NCBI GenBank assembly: GCA_016618385.1
Contig: JABFOP010000807.1
Coordinates: 280,216-335,549 of the forward strand
Length of the DNA: 55,334 nt
Direction of reading: 5' to 3'
Origin: Nymphon striatum
Taxonomy: Eukaryota
Part shown: piece by piece, positions 1-12,993 of the stretch
Position numbering within the stretch: the stretch's first letter is position 1
How the letters are laid out: each line of letters opens with the position of its first letter
Made by a program: the position numbers and the translations under genes
Notes under the pieces: generated by a model
The model's database searches: none
Told to the model about the DNA's origin: nothing
Seen by the model: only the letters and a program-made list of their open reading frames with translations

Positions 1-2616
1 AATAATAACATTGAGTTAAATTCACAGGTTGCTAAATATTCAACATGTTAATATATATTTTCCAAGCAAATACTGAAATACTGGCATCCAGGGTTTCCGC
101 TGTCATTCGCCAATGGCGAAAAAATTAAAAAAATGGCGAAAAAATGATTTGAATTAAATGATTAAATGATTAGCTCGCTGAAATATAATGTTGGCTAATT
201 TTATAAATCTCATATCAAATGGCAATTCATTTTGTTATAATATTTTAGATGAATATTATACCAAAAAATTGTATTTACAATATTAACACACTTTGATTTG
301 TTGATCAGTTTTGAGAATGAAAAAAGCAGCCGATATTTTTGGCCTTAGGAATTTGTAGTAAATGATTGCAAAATTTCATGAATGAAATGATACAGCGCCA
401 TAGTTAGCTGTTTTCATGTCTCAAAAGTACTAAGATAAATGTAGAAATATCAATTTGTTACATATTCTATGTTTCAGGCATAATAGTTATTGGTATTACC
501 AATTTCAAAATATATGTCATATTAACATGTTTTCTTGTAGAACTGTTAAAATATCTCTTAATTAATGGGACTATTTTACGCGGATTATTGTAATCTATAC
601 TATCAACCAATGCTACAAATTGAGTCATTTGGTCACATATATTACTTTTGGGATGGAAATTGAATCCATAAGTTGTTTTTTAATTATTTTAAATGTTTTA
701 AAGATATTATGTGATATAAAGGATATGTAATATCAATTAGAAAAAAAATGTCAGTATTTTGTCATCTATTTCAGTTAATTTGTCCTTGACTTGTATGCGA
801 GTATATACGGTAATTGACATACTAGTAAAAGCAAAGATAAACTATACACAAAAAAGAAAAAGACATCACTACTCACAAAGACATTGAGAGAAATTTGGGA
901 CATCACTAATACAAGAATTTTCAGCACCAAAAGTCAAATCAATTTCTGAATTTGTAGTGCTAGTTCCACCATTTGATTCAAATATAGCTGTGCTGCCACT
1001 GCTGCTAGCTAAGGACAGTGTCCTTTCTACAAAATAAAAACAGAAATAAACAAAATATCTGAAATGAGATCGTTTCTTTTTTCTTTTCTTTTTTCAAAAT
1101 AAAGCAAACAAAAAATGTAATTACCATGTTTCTTTTTAAATAGCGGCATCACAGAAACAAGCATTGATTATTTCCTAGCAGAAGCTGAAATAAAATTATA
1201 TTTTACTTAAGTTTTCTTTTTTTAACCTCTATAGAATCCTACAATCACCCAAGTTACATTGCTATGAAGCAAGGTATCTTGAACAGACAATAAAATTTAC
1301 TCTGACTGAACCACCTTTACAACAGCCTTTAATAAATTTCAAAAGATTAAAATATGTGTTACTGATTTTTGAATTAAAGTCTCCTAAACTTTGTCCATCG
1401 AAAAAGATAGAAACATACGGCATTATATCTGAGTTAACTTTCAAAAACTGAAGCGATGGTAAAAAAATAAAATGACTGTTGCAGTGATCAAATAATGTGG
1501 AAATTGTCATTTTGTTTGGACAAAGGTTACTACAGGCCTTAAATTTTAATATTTTAGGGGCAAGGCCACTTTGGCCTTGAAGAACTCAAAATGTGTAAGG
1601 ACACAAAGGCCAGCGAGACGCTGTGTTTTGTTTGTCGGTTGGAGAACAAAATCAGTACAGAAAAAAGACACGACGGCCAACAAAGAAATACACTGGTCGT
1701 AAAGAAAGTAATTTTTCAAGGGGCACCTCGGTTAGTAAGAAGGGCGACGACAGCCATGACTGCCGTTAAATTTAAGCAAAGAGTATAATGACTAGCAGAG
1801 GTGGAGTTGGGCCGATCGTTCGGCTGCTAATACCCTATCCTCGTAAAGCTCAATAAATGTAAATTTTCAGACGCAAGTTGAGGACAAAATAACTTCTGTA
1901 GGTAGAACATTCCACTATTTCACAACCCTCCAATAGAAAAAATTCTGTCAAATCTCAAGTCTAGAATGAAAAATGGCAAATTTCTGGTCATGACCTCCGG
2001 TAGGTAGTTGGGAAACTTGAATTTGAAGATGAAAAAAAGCACCAAAACTCATGTCCACTAACCCATGAACAACACGGTATACCATGAAAATATTTCTGTT
2101 AATTCTTCTATCCTATGGAGTAGTAAGATTAAGTCTCTGCAGTCATTCCAGGTAGACTAAATAGGAAAATCCTAGGAGGCGTAGAGTGAATAGCCTCTGA
2201 ACCCTCTCAATTAGGGTAGTATCCCATACAAAGTAAGGATTCCATATCTAAGTGGCACAGTCTTAAAGTTGTCCAACATATGTTTGTCAGATACATTCAA
2301 GTAGAAACGGAATAGAGCAACGCTTGAATATGGCAAAAATAAAGTTAACACGTTGAAAACCAGATTGAGCAACTTTAACAATGCGAAAAATCGTTGATCT
2401 AAATACTCAAGTCGTGCATAGAATGTTCAACCAAAAGCACATAATTGCGTTGTACTCCTAACTGCGAAAAACTGGGGTATGATTCACCTTTCTGACCTGT
2501 CAATCATTCTTACATATCAACCAATCAAAATGCGGGAAAATTCGAACCATCATGTCCCACAAACAAACAGACGATAACCTACAACAGCATGACACTTAGG
2601 TATTAATATCGGCGAT

Positions 2617-2898
2617 ATGGTCCTTCGATGTGCATGGGGCATGTGTAATTCGGATATACGATACCCAGAAAAGTTACAAGGAGCCATACTTCATCCTTTT
2701 CCGAAGCCTAAAACACAGCTGAAAAAATGTCTACGATGGATTAAAGCGTGTGGGAGGCCCCACTCTCAGTTAAATGTGAATATAATCAACAAACACAAAG
2801 CTGTTTGTTCAAAGGCAAGTGACAAAATAACAAGATTCTTTCTTTTTTACATGCAACAAAAGTGCCAGCGAAAATATGAATATTTACTGACTAAATAA
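2617..2898 (+). CDS. THAP-like zinc-finger ORF (C-x4-C ... HPFPKP ... W ... AVCS), possible transposon-derived fragment
   Basis: The 93-aa ORF has a THAP-domain-like residue spacing (CAWGMC, LHPFPKPK, CLRWIKAC, AVCSK), but the terminal HF signature is absent. Confidence 0.3.
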   Translation: MVLRCAWGMCNSDIRYPEKLQGAILHPFPKPKTQLKKCLRWIKACGRPHSQLNVNIINKHKAVCSKASDKITRFFLFYMQQKCQRKYEYLLTK

Positions 2899-5332
2899 TC
2901 TTTTACTGGGGGAGGCAGCTCGCTGCTTGTGGGACATGGGCGGTGCTTAACTGCTCCGATCGGAAAGGTGAATTGGCGTACCCACATTTTCAGCCAACTG
3001 AAAAAGGAACAACATTAAGTTTAAATCAGCAACCAATCTACCATTCCATTCTATCACAACCAACATGTTGATGTGCAGTACTGAAGCTGACTTTGTTGAG
3101 TTACTGAAATAGCTAATAAAGATGAGATGCTCTATTCAAAATTTATTCATAAAAATTGATTTAATTTTGTTCATTCTGCGAAAAAGTAAAGCCAAGAATA
3201 CAATTTTGGCCTTTTCAACTTTCAAAGATGTATTACAAATTTTAGCCGAAAGTTGAAGGTTATGAAAATACCTGATTTTAGAAGTTATCACTTACACATA
3301 CAATTAACAAAAAAAGTATATTATCAGCATTGATACGATGATAGTGAGAACATTTAAAATGATGAAACATACCATTATATGATGATGTATTACGCGTATT
3401 TGTCAGCATAATTTGATGAACTAATATAATTTTAATAAAATTTCAGTTTCCTTCGGCCATTTAACTATTTTAACATTGGTTCGACAGATGGCAGCACGTT
3501 CCGCTGATCCTCAGCTGATCCATCAACCAAACCAACCATCTAGTATTCTTGTTGTGGAGAAAATACCTGATAGTTTTATAATGTTTTCTTCTTGTGATTT
3601 TAAACAATTTGTTGTGCCTCTGAAGTGAATACTATATTGTCATGAAGTTTGCTGTTTGAGAAACTCAGTATGATATTTATTGTCTTTAAGGAATTCATTT
3701 CTATCGTGTCCTTCTAATGTTGTTCTTTTTTTTTTCATTTCTGCGAAAAAGCATGATCCAATTTTCAAATTAGAAATATGTGCTGCGTTAGTTATATAAC
3801 CTTGGACATTTTGTCACCATTTAAATGCACCAGTTAAATCACCGTTTAGTTGACGAAGAAGTTAATTAACTTTAAAATTAAAGATAATGTAATAAATAAC
3901 TGTGATTTTGATCAAGAATTGTATTATATGCCAATAATCAATATGTTAAGTTCATCAGTTATAAATGTTTAGCTGAATTGTCAGTCCTGAATCAGTTTAC
4001 CGTCTGAGTTGTTATGGAGGCAACTACATTTTTGTCACTTTTAAATAATTATTTGCCTTAATATCCCAGATAACTTCTTTAAATAGCTTGTAGCATCTCT
4101 TTGTTATTGTATTCATGTTCATAATTGTGAGTCAAATAATGTGATCTCAAAGAAAACATGCATTCAAGGTAATTCTCAAGATTTGAGTACTTTTTTGTTT
4201 CCACATTTTTTAATATTCTAAAACTCAATTTTATGAATCTAAAGTCAAATCTATACCTACCGAAGACCAAGCCCAACAATGGGACTTAGTATTATTTAAC
4301 ATATTGAAACAAAATATGCAATCATTCATTATTCATGAGACACACAAGTCGCGCTTGACCGCAAAGCGTACACCGTGAAACAAATCATCGTTTCTCCCGA
4401 AAATTATCGCAGGCGATGATATTTAGCAATACTGTTCATTAACTATTCCAGTTAATTCCTGTGTGTCAAATTTCATTCCAATCCGATCACTGGTTCTCAA
4501 AAAATCAATTCTTGAATGTCAGATGGTGAAAGTTGGACATAAATGTTTGTAGTGACTTAGAGGGCTAGGGGACAAACATTTTTGCAGCAACCTTAGAGGG
4601 TCACATTTTGACGATGTTTTGACACTCCTGAGATGTGTGGCGCAATCCGCCATTTTTAATTGCGCCCCTCGGCATTGGTTGCCAAAGGGAAATGGCCACC
4701 TAAGAGTGCTCAGTAACATTCAAGGCACATTTAATCCAGGTCTGATTTAATCGTAGATTCAATCGATGCTCATCTGCATTAACCTATCTTTGGAATACAT
4801 ATAATTTTGAAACTTCTAAATGTGAATCACACACTCTCAATAATTACAATGAATAATATTATATCTTCAAAAGTCTCTTTTTTATCTACACTTTTCTTAT
4901 GATACGTGTTTCAAAACACCTTTCTTCTATGATTTGCAATGTTTAATTTACATGAATCTTATTTTTCCTTAAACAGTTATTTATACCCTAACCTTCTTTG
5001 AGATATAGGTATCAAATGTTCAGGTAAAAGTAGCTGGTACTGATGTAGCTCAAGATAAGTGTATGATTTATTTCATCTTTTTCAGTCTTGTGTTAAAGGC
5101 AAGGTTAGAGTTTTCCATGATAACAGCAAATATTATTTCAGCGAGCCTTCTCTTAAATAGACAAAATCCCCTATTTAAACTAAGTTTTTCTTCCTTTGTT
5201 AGTTCTATTCTATTAACTTGAGTTATTTTGAACTTACGTAATTTGAACTGTTTTTATAATCGGAAATTAAAAATAGTATAATATCACCTTTTGCTCATAT
5301 TTGTTTATTTTCCAAATTTTAGTTTATTAGAA

Positions 5333-5418
5333 ATGGCGAAAGGCGAAGATGAATTGCCTGACAAATCTGCTGCAGGTGATTTCTATGCAAAGTATGAACC
5401 AAAGGAAGTACTTGGAAT
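5333..5418 (+). CDS. PHKG: PHKG homolog coding exon 1 (MAKGEDELPDKSAAGDFYAKYEPKEVLG, donor AT|gtgagt)
   Basis: The ATG-initiated frame resembles the vertebrate PHKG N-terminus (..DFYxxYEPKEiLG). A canonical GTGAGT donor follows at 5419. The phase fits exon 2. Confidence 0.8.
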
Positions 5419-5486
5419 GTGAGTAGCTGCCATTTTGATTGTTTTTGTGTGTGTATGAACTTCATTTATTATTATTTCTGTTGCAG

Positions 5487-5653
5487 AGGTGTTAGCAGTA
5501 CTGTTAGGCGATGTATAGAAAAAGATACTGGTTTAGAATATGCTGTAAAGATTATTGATCTCACACAAGACTCGGGAAATCCAGAAACCATTCGTAGAGA
5601 AACACTTTCAGAAATTAGCATCCTGCGATCTGTTGCTGGACATCCTTACATAG
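5487..5653 (+). CDS. PHKG: PHKG exon 2 (Gly-loop GVSSTVRRC, VAIK-like AVKIID, helix C ETLSEISILRSVAGHPYI)
   Basis: It starts at a ttgcag acceptor and ends at a gtaaat donor. Strong protein-kinase subdomain I-III similarity to phosphorylase kinase gamma. Confidence 0.9.
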
Positions 5654-6249
5654 GTAAATATCTACCTCTCAAATATTTTGATAATTAATGGAAGTTTTGA
5701 TTGGTTTTCTTTTTTAATTTTTTTACTACATCTAAAGCCAAAACACGATTTTTAAGTTTTTATTTTTATTACTTATTAAATCAATGTAAAGCATCACCAA
5801 ACATGACATTTATGATTGAAAAATTTGGAGCAAACAGTTGTCATCAATGAGCGTAAGCAAACAATGCAGGGATCCAGGAAGATGCGTTGAGCATTCTCAG
5901 AGAATAAAAGCTATTTTATTAATTTCAAAACACATGCACTCTATTGGAGGACAGTGGGTTCAGCGGTTTAACGATAAAAAGCAAAATTGTTTGAATGGAA
6001 AGATGGTTTTTTGATCTGTCCGAGAATGTGAAAACATAGTTCGATTTGGCTGTTTTTTTGCACAGGGTGCGAAAGACTATTGAACTTCATTTGTGTGAAG
6101 TTTCATTCCGATTGGTTCAGACTTAGTTTAAAAAATCAATGAAAATGTTAGCCTCTGATTCTGGCCCATATATGTCCTTTGCGACTCCAAAGGGTTAATA
6201 AGATCAAGTTTCAGTTATGCTGTTGTGTTCATTCTATTTTTGAAATCGA

Positions 6250-6545
6250 GAGTTGCGGTGGCTGAGTGGTTAAGATCATTATTCTGGGCCTGAAGAACCC
6301 AGGTTCGAATCTGATTCGAACCCCGCCACTTTTTTCACCGTTTACATTGTGTATTCTCGTACTCTCCTCTCTGATATTAGATGTAAGCTGATGTTAGAGA
6401 GAAAATACTCCATCCCTCGGATAGGACGTTAAATGGAGGTCCCGTGTAAAGGAGAGCCATACCCTCTACACGTTAAAGAACCCACTTCACTATTCGAACA
6501 AGAGTAGGGTGACAATTCCCGGTAAAGTGATACACTTGCATTACA
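6250..6545 (+). mobile_element. tRNA-derived SINE copy (tRNA-like head with a GGTTCGAATC box-B element, then a conserved body)
   Basis: The head carries GGTTCGAATC. The body is shared with copies at 8745-9175, 17095-17230, 44315-44765 and 54545-54775. Confidence 0.7.
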
Positions 6546-6731
6546 TAAAAAACAGATGTCTATCACAAGCGTCTATGCTAATGACATTGTCATGAGCAGT
6601 GGACTAGATAGATCCCCTTTTTGTCAGGAATAAAAATAAAAAAATAGAAAATAAAATAGAAATTTTCATATGCCTGAATTAAATTTGTTGATTAAGTTAA
6701 TGTTAACATATATTTATTCTAAATTTTGCAG

Positions 6732-6786
6732 TTTCTCTTCATGATGTTTACGAATCTGAGACATTCATCTTTTTAGTTTTTGAACT
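6732..6786 (+). CDS. PHKG: PHKG exon 3 (VSLHDVYESETFIFLVFEL)
   Basis: It starts at a ttttgcag acceptor and ends at a gtaaag donor. It matches PHKG IQLKDTYETNTFFFLVFDL. The phase is consistent with exon 2. Confidence 0.85.
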
Positions 6787-6865
6787 GTAAAGTATTCTAC
6801 GATTATATATTATCTTTTTTTCAACTTCGTTTGAAGTGTTTAATTGATATAATTTGCATTTATAG

Positions 6866-6931
6866 ATGCAAAAATGGAGAATTATTTGATTACTTGACAA
6901 CTGTCGTGACTTTTTCAGAGAAAAGAACCAG
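6866..6931 (+). CDS. PHKG: PHKG exon 4 ([22 protein letters not shown])
   Basis: It starts at a tttatag acceptor and ends at a gtaata donor. It matches [22 protein letters not shown]. Confidence 0.88.
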
Positions 6932-7001
6932 GTAATATTTTTCTCAAACTTACTTTGTGAATATCGGCATGTCTAACTGTTATTATGATTTCTATCAATA
7001 G

Positions 7002-7074
7002 AATAATTATGAAGCAATTGTTTGAAGTAATTACGTACATCCATCAAAAGAATATTGTACACAGAGATATTAAG
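7002..7074 (+). CDS. PHKG: PHKG exon 5 (RIIMKQLFEVITYIHQKNIVHRDIK, catalytic loop)
   Basis: It starts at a tcaatag acceptor and ends at a gtgaat donor. It carries the HRDIK catalytic-loop motif. Confidence 0.9.
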
Positions 7075-7150
7075 GTGAATAATGTTTATAGACAATAATT
7101 ATAATGAAAATTTTGTATTGTCATAGTTTAAATCAATTTTTATCTTTCAG

Positions 7151-7241
7151 CCTGAGAACATTCTTCTTGATGATAGCTATAATGTCAAAGTTACTGATTT
7201 TGGATTTGCCAAAGTCTTGCATGAAGATGAAAAACTTATTG
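7151..7241 (+). CDS. PHKG: PHKG exon 6 (PENILLDDSYNVKVTDFGFAKVLHEDEKLI)
   Basis: It starts at a tttcag acceptor and ends at a gtgaga donor. It carries the PEN and DFG motifs. Confidence 0.9.
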
Positions 7242-7680
7242 GTGAGAAGCAAAGTTAAAATTTTGATTATTATCATTATAGAGAGGATCTCATTCAGATT
7301 CAAATTTATCAATCATCATATCATTCAATTTTATTCAAATGTATCTATTTATCATGGATGTTGAAAACGGATACAGGTACCAAACCATTTATGTGGCTAC
7401 CAGAAATCTGAAAAAGTCAGAAAAAAAGATGTGATTGTTACCTTGTTAGTTTTGAATTTGCTGCACTCTCTCAGTCTGACTGCTGTAGCACCATCTGTCG
7501 GTTGTGCAATAAACAGAATATAAAATGTGTGCCCGTTGCTTATAACATATATGGAAGCAACGAGCAAGCACTAATTCCATATCCTCTATTTATTGCATTC
7601 AGTCAGATTGATATAGCCTCCAGCTTGCCATAAGCCCATGTGAATTTAGTGCAATATATATTAAAAAATATGAAATATTT

Positions 7681-8734
7681 GAAATATATATATGTTACGG
7701 TTGATGTAATAAATCCGGTTATTATGAATAATGTCCAAATAAACCGGTTAAAGTGAATAATTAATAAGAATGTGTTACTTGAACCGGTCATTATTAATAA
7801 TTGCCAACTATGATCGGTAAATGTGATTAAAGTAAGGAAATAATGAAAAATTTATTACTTGAACCGGTTATTATTAATAATTGCTAACTATGAACGGTAA
7901 ATGTGATTAAAGTGATTATTGAAAAAATTCAAGCAGCTCGACGCTCTGCTAAACAATCACCAAATAAGCAAGCTGAAAAAATGTTACGGCTTTCAAAGCT
8001 TAAATTTCCAGGTGCGATTATAGGTGAAATCGTTCTGATAAGAATTCCAGATAAAAATTCCAGAACTTCTGTGGCACTTAGAATTACAGAGGATTTTTGC
8101 CTTTTTACAGTCGTAGCGATTTGACTATGTAATCAATTGTACAAATGCAATATTGATATCCTTGACCACATAAATTAGAATGCATGCGTTCACATTCTCT
8201 TACTCTTAGACTTATTTCAATATCTGGAACTTCATTAAGTGAAATAAGAGTTTCCTTGCAGACGGTAATTTTGTTTCTTATGTAGAGTTGCTTTAAAATG
8301 TTACATTTTCAATATAAATTATATCAGCTATAATATTCCGATTATCAGCTTTAGCCCTATCTACATCTGGAATTCTTATCCGAACGATTTCACCTATAAT
8401 CGCACCTGGAAATTTAAGCTTCGAAAGCCGTAACATTTTTTCAGCTTGCTTATTTGGTGATTGTTTAGCAGAGCGTCGAGCTGCTTGAATTTTTTCAATA
8501 ATCACTTTAATCACATTTACCGTTCATAGTTAGCAATTATTAATAATAACCGGTTCAAGTAATAAATTTTTCATTATTTCCTTACTTTAATCACATTTAC
8601 CGATCATAGTTGGCAATTATTAATAATGACCGGTTCAAGTAACACATTCTTATTAATTATTCACTTTAACCGGTTTATTTGGACATTATTCATAATAACC
8701 GGATTTATTACATCAACCGTAACATATATTGCTT
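7681..8734. mobile_element. Foldback / long-palindrome element in PHKG intron 6 (about 375-bp near-identical inverted arms, about 290-bp unique centre)
   Basis: Arm 7687-8062 is the reverse complement of arm 8353-8728 with very few mismatches. Identical six-frame ORFs on opposite strands (7903-8124 + and 8293-8514 -) are artefacts of the palindrome. Each arm has a duplicated internal 55-bp subrepeat. Confidence 0.85.
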
Positions 8735-8744
8735 TGTTCATTTC

Positions 8745-9175
8745 TAGTCGTGGAGGCAGTGTCATTCCGACTTCTCTGTTGGAGCTACAAGCCATGGCGG
8801 ACAAATTCTATTTCCCACACAGCATACCTCGCTGTTGCTTTACTTCACCGGGACCTTCCATCCTACTCTTATTCGAATAGTGAAGTATGTTGTTTAATGT
8901 GCAGAAGGTGTGACTCTCCTCTACATGGGACCCCCATTAACGTCATATCTATTAACCTTATTGCACTAAACTCACATGGGTTTATGGCAAACTAGAGGCC
9001 ATGTAAATCAGACTTCTCTGTTACAGCTACAAGCCAATGCGGGCAAATTCTATTTCTCACACAGCGTACCTTGCAGGTGCTCCAATTCACCAGAATCTTC
9101 CACTCTACTCTTATTCGAATAGTGAAGTGTGTTCTTTAATGTGCAGAGGGTGCGACTCTCCTCTAGAAATTACTC
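8745..9175 (-). mobile_element. Two tandem copies of the SINE body in minus orientation, directly abutting the foldback
   Basis: The unit (ctacaagccatggcggacaaattctatttc ... ctcttattcgaatagtgaag ... tgcagagggtg) occurs twice (8745-8998 and 8999-9175). It is the reverse complement of the body at 6360-6530. Confidence 0.7.
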
Positions 9176-9842
9176 ATATTAGTTTTTATTTATTGAATTA
9201 AAAGAGAGAAAAAATGATGTCATACACCCTTTAATGCCAATTGAAGCAATTTTTAAAGATGTTTTTTAATTCTGAATAGAGTACTAAAAGTTATGAGTTT
9301 TATGTTGTCATGCATGTTTCTATACGAGAGGACAAAATCTAGGCAAAAAAATAAGTAAATTTTTTTTTCTTAAATCATTTCGCCTTTATAGCCTTTTTCT
9401 ATGGCTGTTAGGCTAAAGGCTGTGTCAATCTACCTGAATACAGTGCTTTTCTATCAAAATTACAAGCCTTGTTATGCGAATATTATTTTTCACTCTATAA
9501 CCACAATTTAAGTGTGTTTCTCGGGTACTCCACTTCATCAGAATATTACTCTATTCTTCATAAAAGATTAAGTGAGTTCTGTAACAGGCCGAGATTATGT
9601 TTTTTCACTTTGCAGGGGGAACCTTCATTTACATCATATTTGGGGGGAAGCTTAAATAAACAAACATAAAAGGTAAACAAAAAAAGTGGAGGGATGAAAT
9701 GAGATTCAAACTTGGGTCTGTCCAGCCCAAAAAGAAGATATTGTACAACTTACTTATTAACAAACCTTGAAAGATAATTTGAAATATATATCAAATTCAG
9801 ATATGTATTTTATTTGATAAAAGGTTTATTTCTTTTTTCCAG

Positions 9843-9933
9843 AGTTATGTGGCACACCTGGCTACTTGGCTCCAGAGTTACTTAAAGTCTCAATGTATGA
9901 TGATGTACCTGGGTATGGAATAGAAATTGATAT
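9843..9933 (+). CDS. PHKG: PHKG exon 7 ([30 protein letters not shown])
   Basis: It starts at a ttttttccag acceptor and ends at a gtaagt donor. It carries the activation-segment GTPGYLAPE motif. Confidence 0.9.
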
Positions 9934-10797
9934 GTAAGTGTTAAAATTTAGATCATCTTTATCACTAGATCAATATTTCTAGTCATATGGTGAGCCGATT
10001 TACCATTTAATTTTATACATAAAATGTTTAATGCAGCAGTAATTTGTTCATCAAAAGTTATACCAGTAAAGAAAAATCCATTTTTATGAAAATGCAGAAA
10101 AGACAAATGCAGCCTTTTATTATCTGTTTTAAAATACATTTAAAAGGGTTGAAAAAGCTGCATCAGGGGAATGTTACCCCAAAATTAAGAGTAACATAGT
10201 TTCCTTTAGAATATTTTGATGTTGGGACTTTGAATAATATTGCCTGAGCTGTGATCATAGACTTGGTATCACTCTATTATTGAGCACATCAAATTATGAA
10301 ATGGTACCACTTTTTCATATGATTGCAACATCATTTTTTGTCATTATGTGAACTTCAGATGAATTCTGAAATTTTAGTTTTAATATGAAAAATTATGCCA
10401 AAATGTTGACAATGAGTGCAGAAAAACACTTGATGCAAATTTTTAAAAATTATATTAAGGTAGGAAAGCCTTTTTACGGGTCTATGGATTGATCGGCACT
10501 GATTCAGTGGAAGGACAGTGAATTCTCAATGAATTTTAATCTTTTTCAATTGGACAATACTTACATTGTGTTTAAAAATACTTATCACAAAATTTCAAGA
10601 TCTTTGAATGCTATTTTTGAATCATTCATTCTAAATTTATCTCAACATTTTGTTTTAACTTTATTATACTTATCAGCTGTAATTTATAAATTAAGTTTGT
10701 AACTATAAGCTTATATTTTGGAGCATACATATTTGATACGGTTGATATAATTTTGCTATAATCAGAAGTGATTTTTATTCGATTATTTTTTAATCGG

Positions 10798-11763
10798 CTA
10801 AAACACGGTATTGGTGCTGATCAGGTTTTTTTTTATGTTATATCAATGGCACAGAAAAAATATACAAGATAGGAACTAATTTTAAAGATTGACTAGCCTT
10901 GCAGTTACCTATCTCACTTCTCTGAAAATTTCAAGAGGCTAGTATTACCCATTCTTGAGATATGCATTGAAACATGCTCCAAAAATGGCCATTTTATAGC
11001 GTTATGCAGTCTCACTTGAAAAAAAAATTATATTATAAGTACAAAATACTCTAAATTTCAATAAGAAATGATACATAAATTGGTACGGTTTTATACAGAC
11101 TTCTGTCCTGTAAGTTTTGCTGCTTGAATTTATGAAATCGGTCATAAATTATGGATTTTATATAGTAAATACTATCAGCAGTGGTTTTGTTTAAACACTA
11201 AAAATCAAACATATGCTTATTGTTATATTCCAATAATTGGTACAAAATAACAGTTAATTGAACTTACATTGACATTAATCATTCAGTTATTTATTATGGT
11301 AAGTACAAAAAACATTCATGTTTCAGGGCTAGCCCAGGTTTAGGCATGAACGGTTGTTTTTTGGTAAATATTGAAATTCAAAATTCGGTAGTGTCTGTAA
11401 CCATTAAAAGTTTATGTTGCAATAGTTGTGATTCATTGTTTCTCATTTCAAAAGTATAAATCCTACATTGGCTAATGTGTATTCATGTAATGTCCAAGTT
11501 TGCCAAAATTTGTAGTGCTGTGAATTAACATCATTGAAAATTACTACTTTGAAAAGGTTACAGTCGAAACCCTTCAGAAATCCTATAGGGTGGAAATGGT
11601 GGATAAAAAAAACGATGCATGCATGTTCACGAAAAACTAAACTTGATTTGTGTAGGAGATACCCTTAACTTTATAATTAACTCCAAAGAAATATGGTATC
11701 TAAAAATTCAATTTTTTGAGTAAGTGAGACTACTTTCAGCACCAATACCGTGTTTCAGCTGAA
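10798..11763. mobile_element. MITE-like element with about 24-bp TIRs (gctaaaacacggtattggtgctga)
   Basis: 10798-10821 is the inverse of 11740-11763. It has no coding capacity. Confidence 0.55.
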
Positions 11764-11850
11764 TGTGAATAAGCTATGTCAGTTTTATCATTATATAGTT
11801 AGTTCATCATGTAATAGATCACCAATTCTCTAAGACAAGATGGACGTCAC

Positions 11851-12385
11851 AGTCACGTGACTTTCATAGCAACCGTTTGTCTAGGGGCAAAAGAACTTGG
11901 TCGCTATGGCTTTGGCCGTGCTGTGAGTATAGTGATAGCGAACTTTTCCAATTCACTGCTTGTTTTAAATTATTTTAACGAACCGGATGATTTAAATCAG
12001 CCTGAAATCAATTCTGGAGTATAAACAGGATATGGATAAGCATTAAAAAGCATGGACTTACAATTTGGTTCTGTTTGATTTGATTAAATCATGTAGTCTG
12101 TACAGTGACAGTGTACATAAATATCTTGACTCTGACAACCAACAAGCCTTTCGGCATGATTTAAACAAATCAAACGTAGTCAAATTGTAAGTCCATGCTT
12201 TTTAATGCCTACCCATATTCTGTTCATACTCCAGAATTGATTGCTGCTGGTTAAAATCATCTGGTAAATCAAAAAAGTATTGGAAAAGTTCACAATAACA
12301 AGTGTTTCACACTACAACACGGTCAAAGCCATAGCGACCAAGTTCTTTTGCCCCTAGACAAACGGTTGCTATGCAAGTCACGTGA
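11851..12385. mobile_element. MITE with about 70-bp TIRs starting tcacgtgact, plus nested internal inverted repeats, in PHKG intron 7
   Basis: 11855-11920 is the reverse complement of 12316-12381, with few mismatches. Confidence 0.7.
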
Positions 12386-12450
12386 TAAAAGCCCGGATGT
12401 TGTCTTACAGAATACTATTTGTTAAACTTTTCAATTCATTTATTTTCCAG

Positions 12451-12480
12451 TTGGGCATGTGGAGTTATTATGTACACTCT
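12451..12480 (+). CDS. PHKG: PHKG exon 8 (IWACGVIMYTL)
   Basis: It starts at a ttttccag acceptor and ends at a gtaagt donor. It matches DMWSTGVIMYTL. Confidence 0.8.
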
Positions 12481-12775
12481 GTAAGTAAAATTATGATTTA
12501 TTTATTATCTTTTATCTTTTTACTTCTTATCTTCTTTTTTTTTTTTCCCACATACTTATACAAATTAAATTTTTCAATATCTTCACTTCCAGTATTTTAA
12601 ACATAGAATTCTTAAAATATAGGTTATCATTTATCAATGACCATGTCAATGTTTTTTAAATATAACTTTTATTTCACTTTCATAATTTAAGATAATATTC
12701 AAATATGACCTAGTTATCTATCTATGCAATTATCTTTTCTTTATTTCAGTTTTTGAATTATTATTTGAATTTCAG

Positions 12776-12899
12776 TCTTGTTGGTTGTCCCCCATTTTGG
12801 CATCGTAGACAAGTAATAATGATGCGAAATATAATGGCTGGGAAATATCAATTCAGTAGTCCTGAATGGGATAATATTACTGATGAGTCTAAAGATTTG
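12776..12899 (+). CDS. PHKG: PHKG exon 9 ([41 protein letters not shown])
   Basis: It starts at an aatttcag acceptor and ends at a gtgtgt donor. An upstream alternative acceptor at 12749 gives an immediate stop. Strong match to [33 protein letters not shown]. Confidence 0.88.
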
Positions 12900-12993
12900 G
12901 TGTGTATGAAGCTTCATAGAATAGTCATATTAAATGATTTCAGGTGTTAAAAAAGTCTGTTTTGTTTTGTTTTGTTTTTTTCTCTCAAAAAAG

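Noticed and set aside
6251-6335. tRNA gene call (GCGGTGGCTGAGTGGTTAAG ... GGTTCGAATC)
   Set aside because: The acceptor stem does not pair, the box-B region is duplicated, and the segment is followed by the conserved SINE body. I interpret it as a SINE head, and the same applies to the reverse-complement tRNA-like segment at 14700-14790.
7903-8514. Two identical 73-aa ORFs on opposite strands (7903-8124 + and 8293-8514 -)
   Set aside because: They are mirror images generated by the foldback palindrome. They are low complexity and have no domain resemblance.
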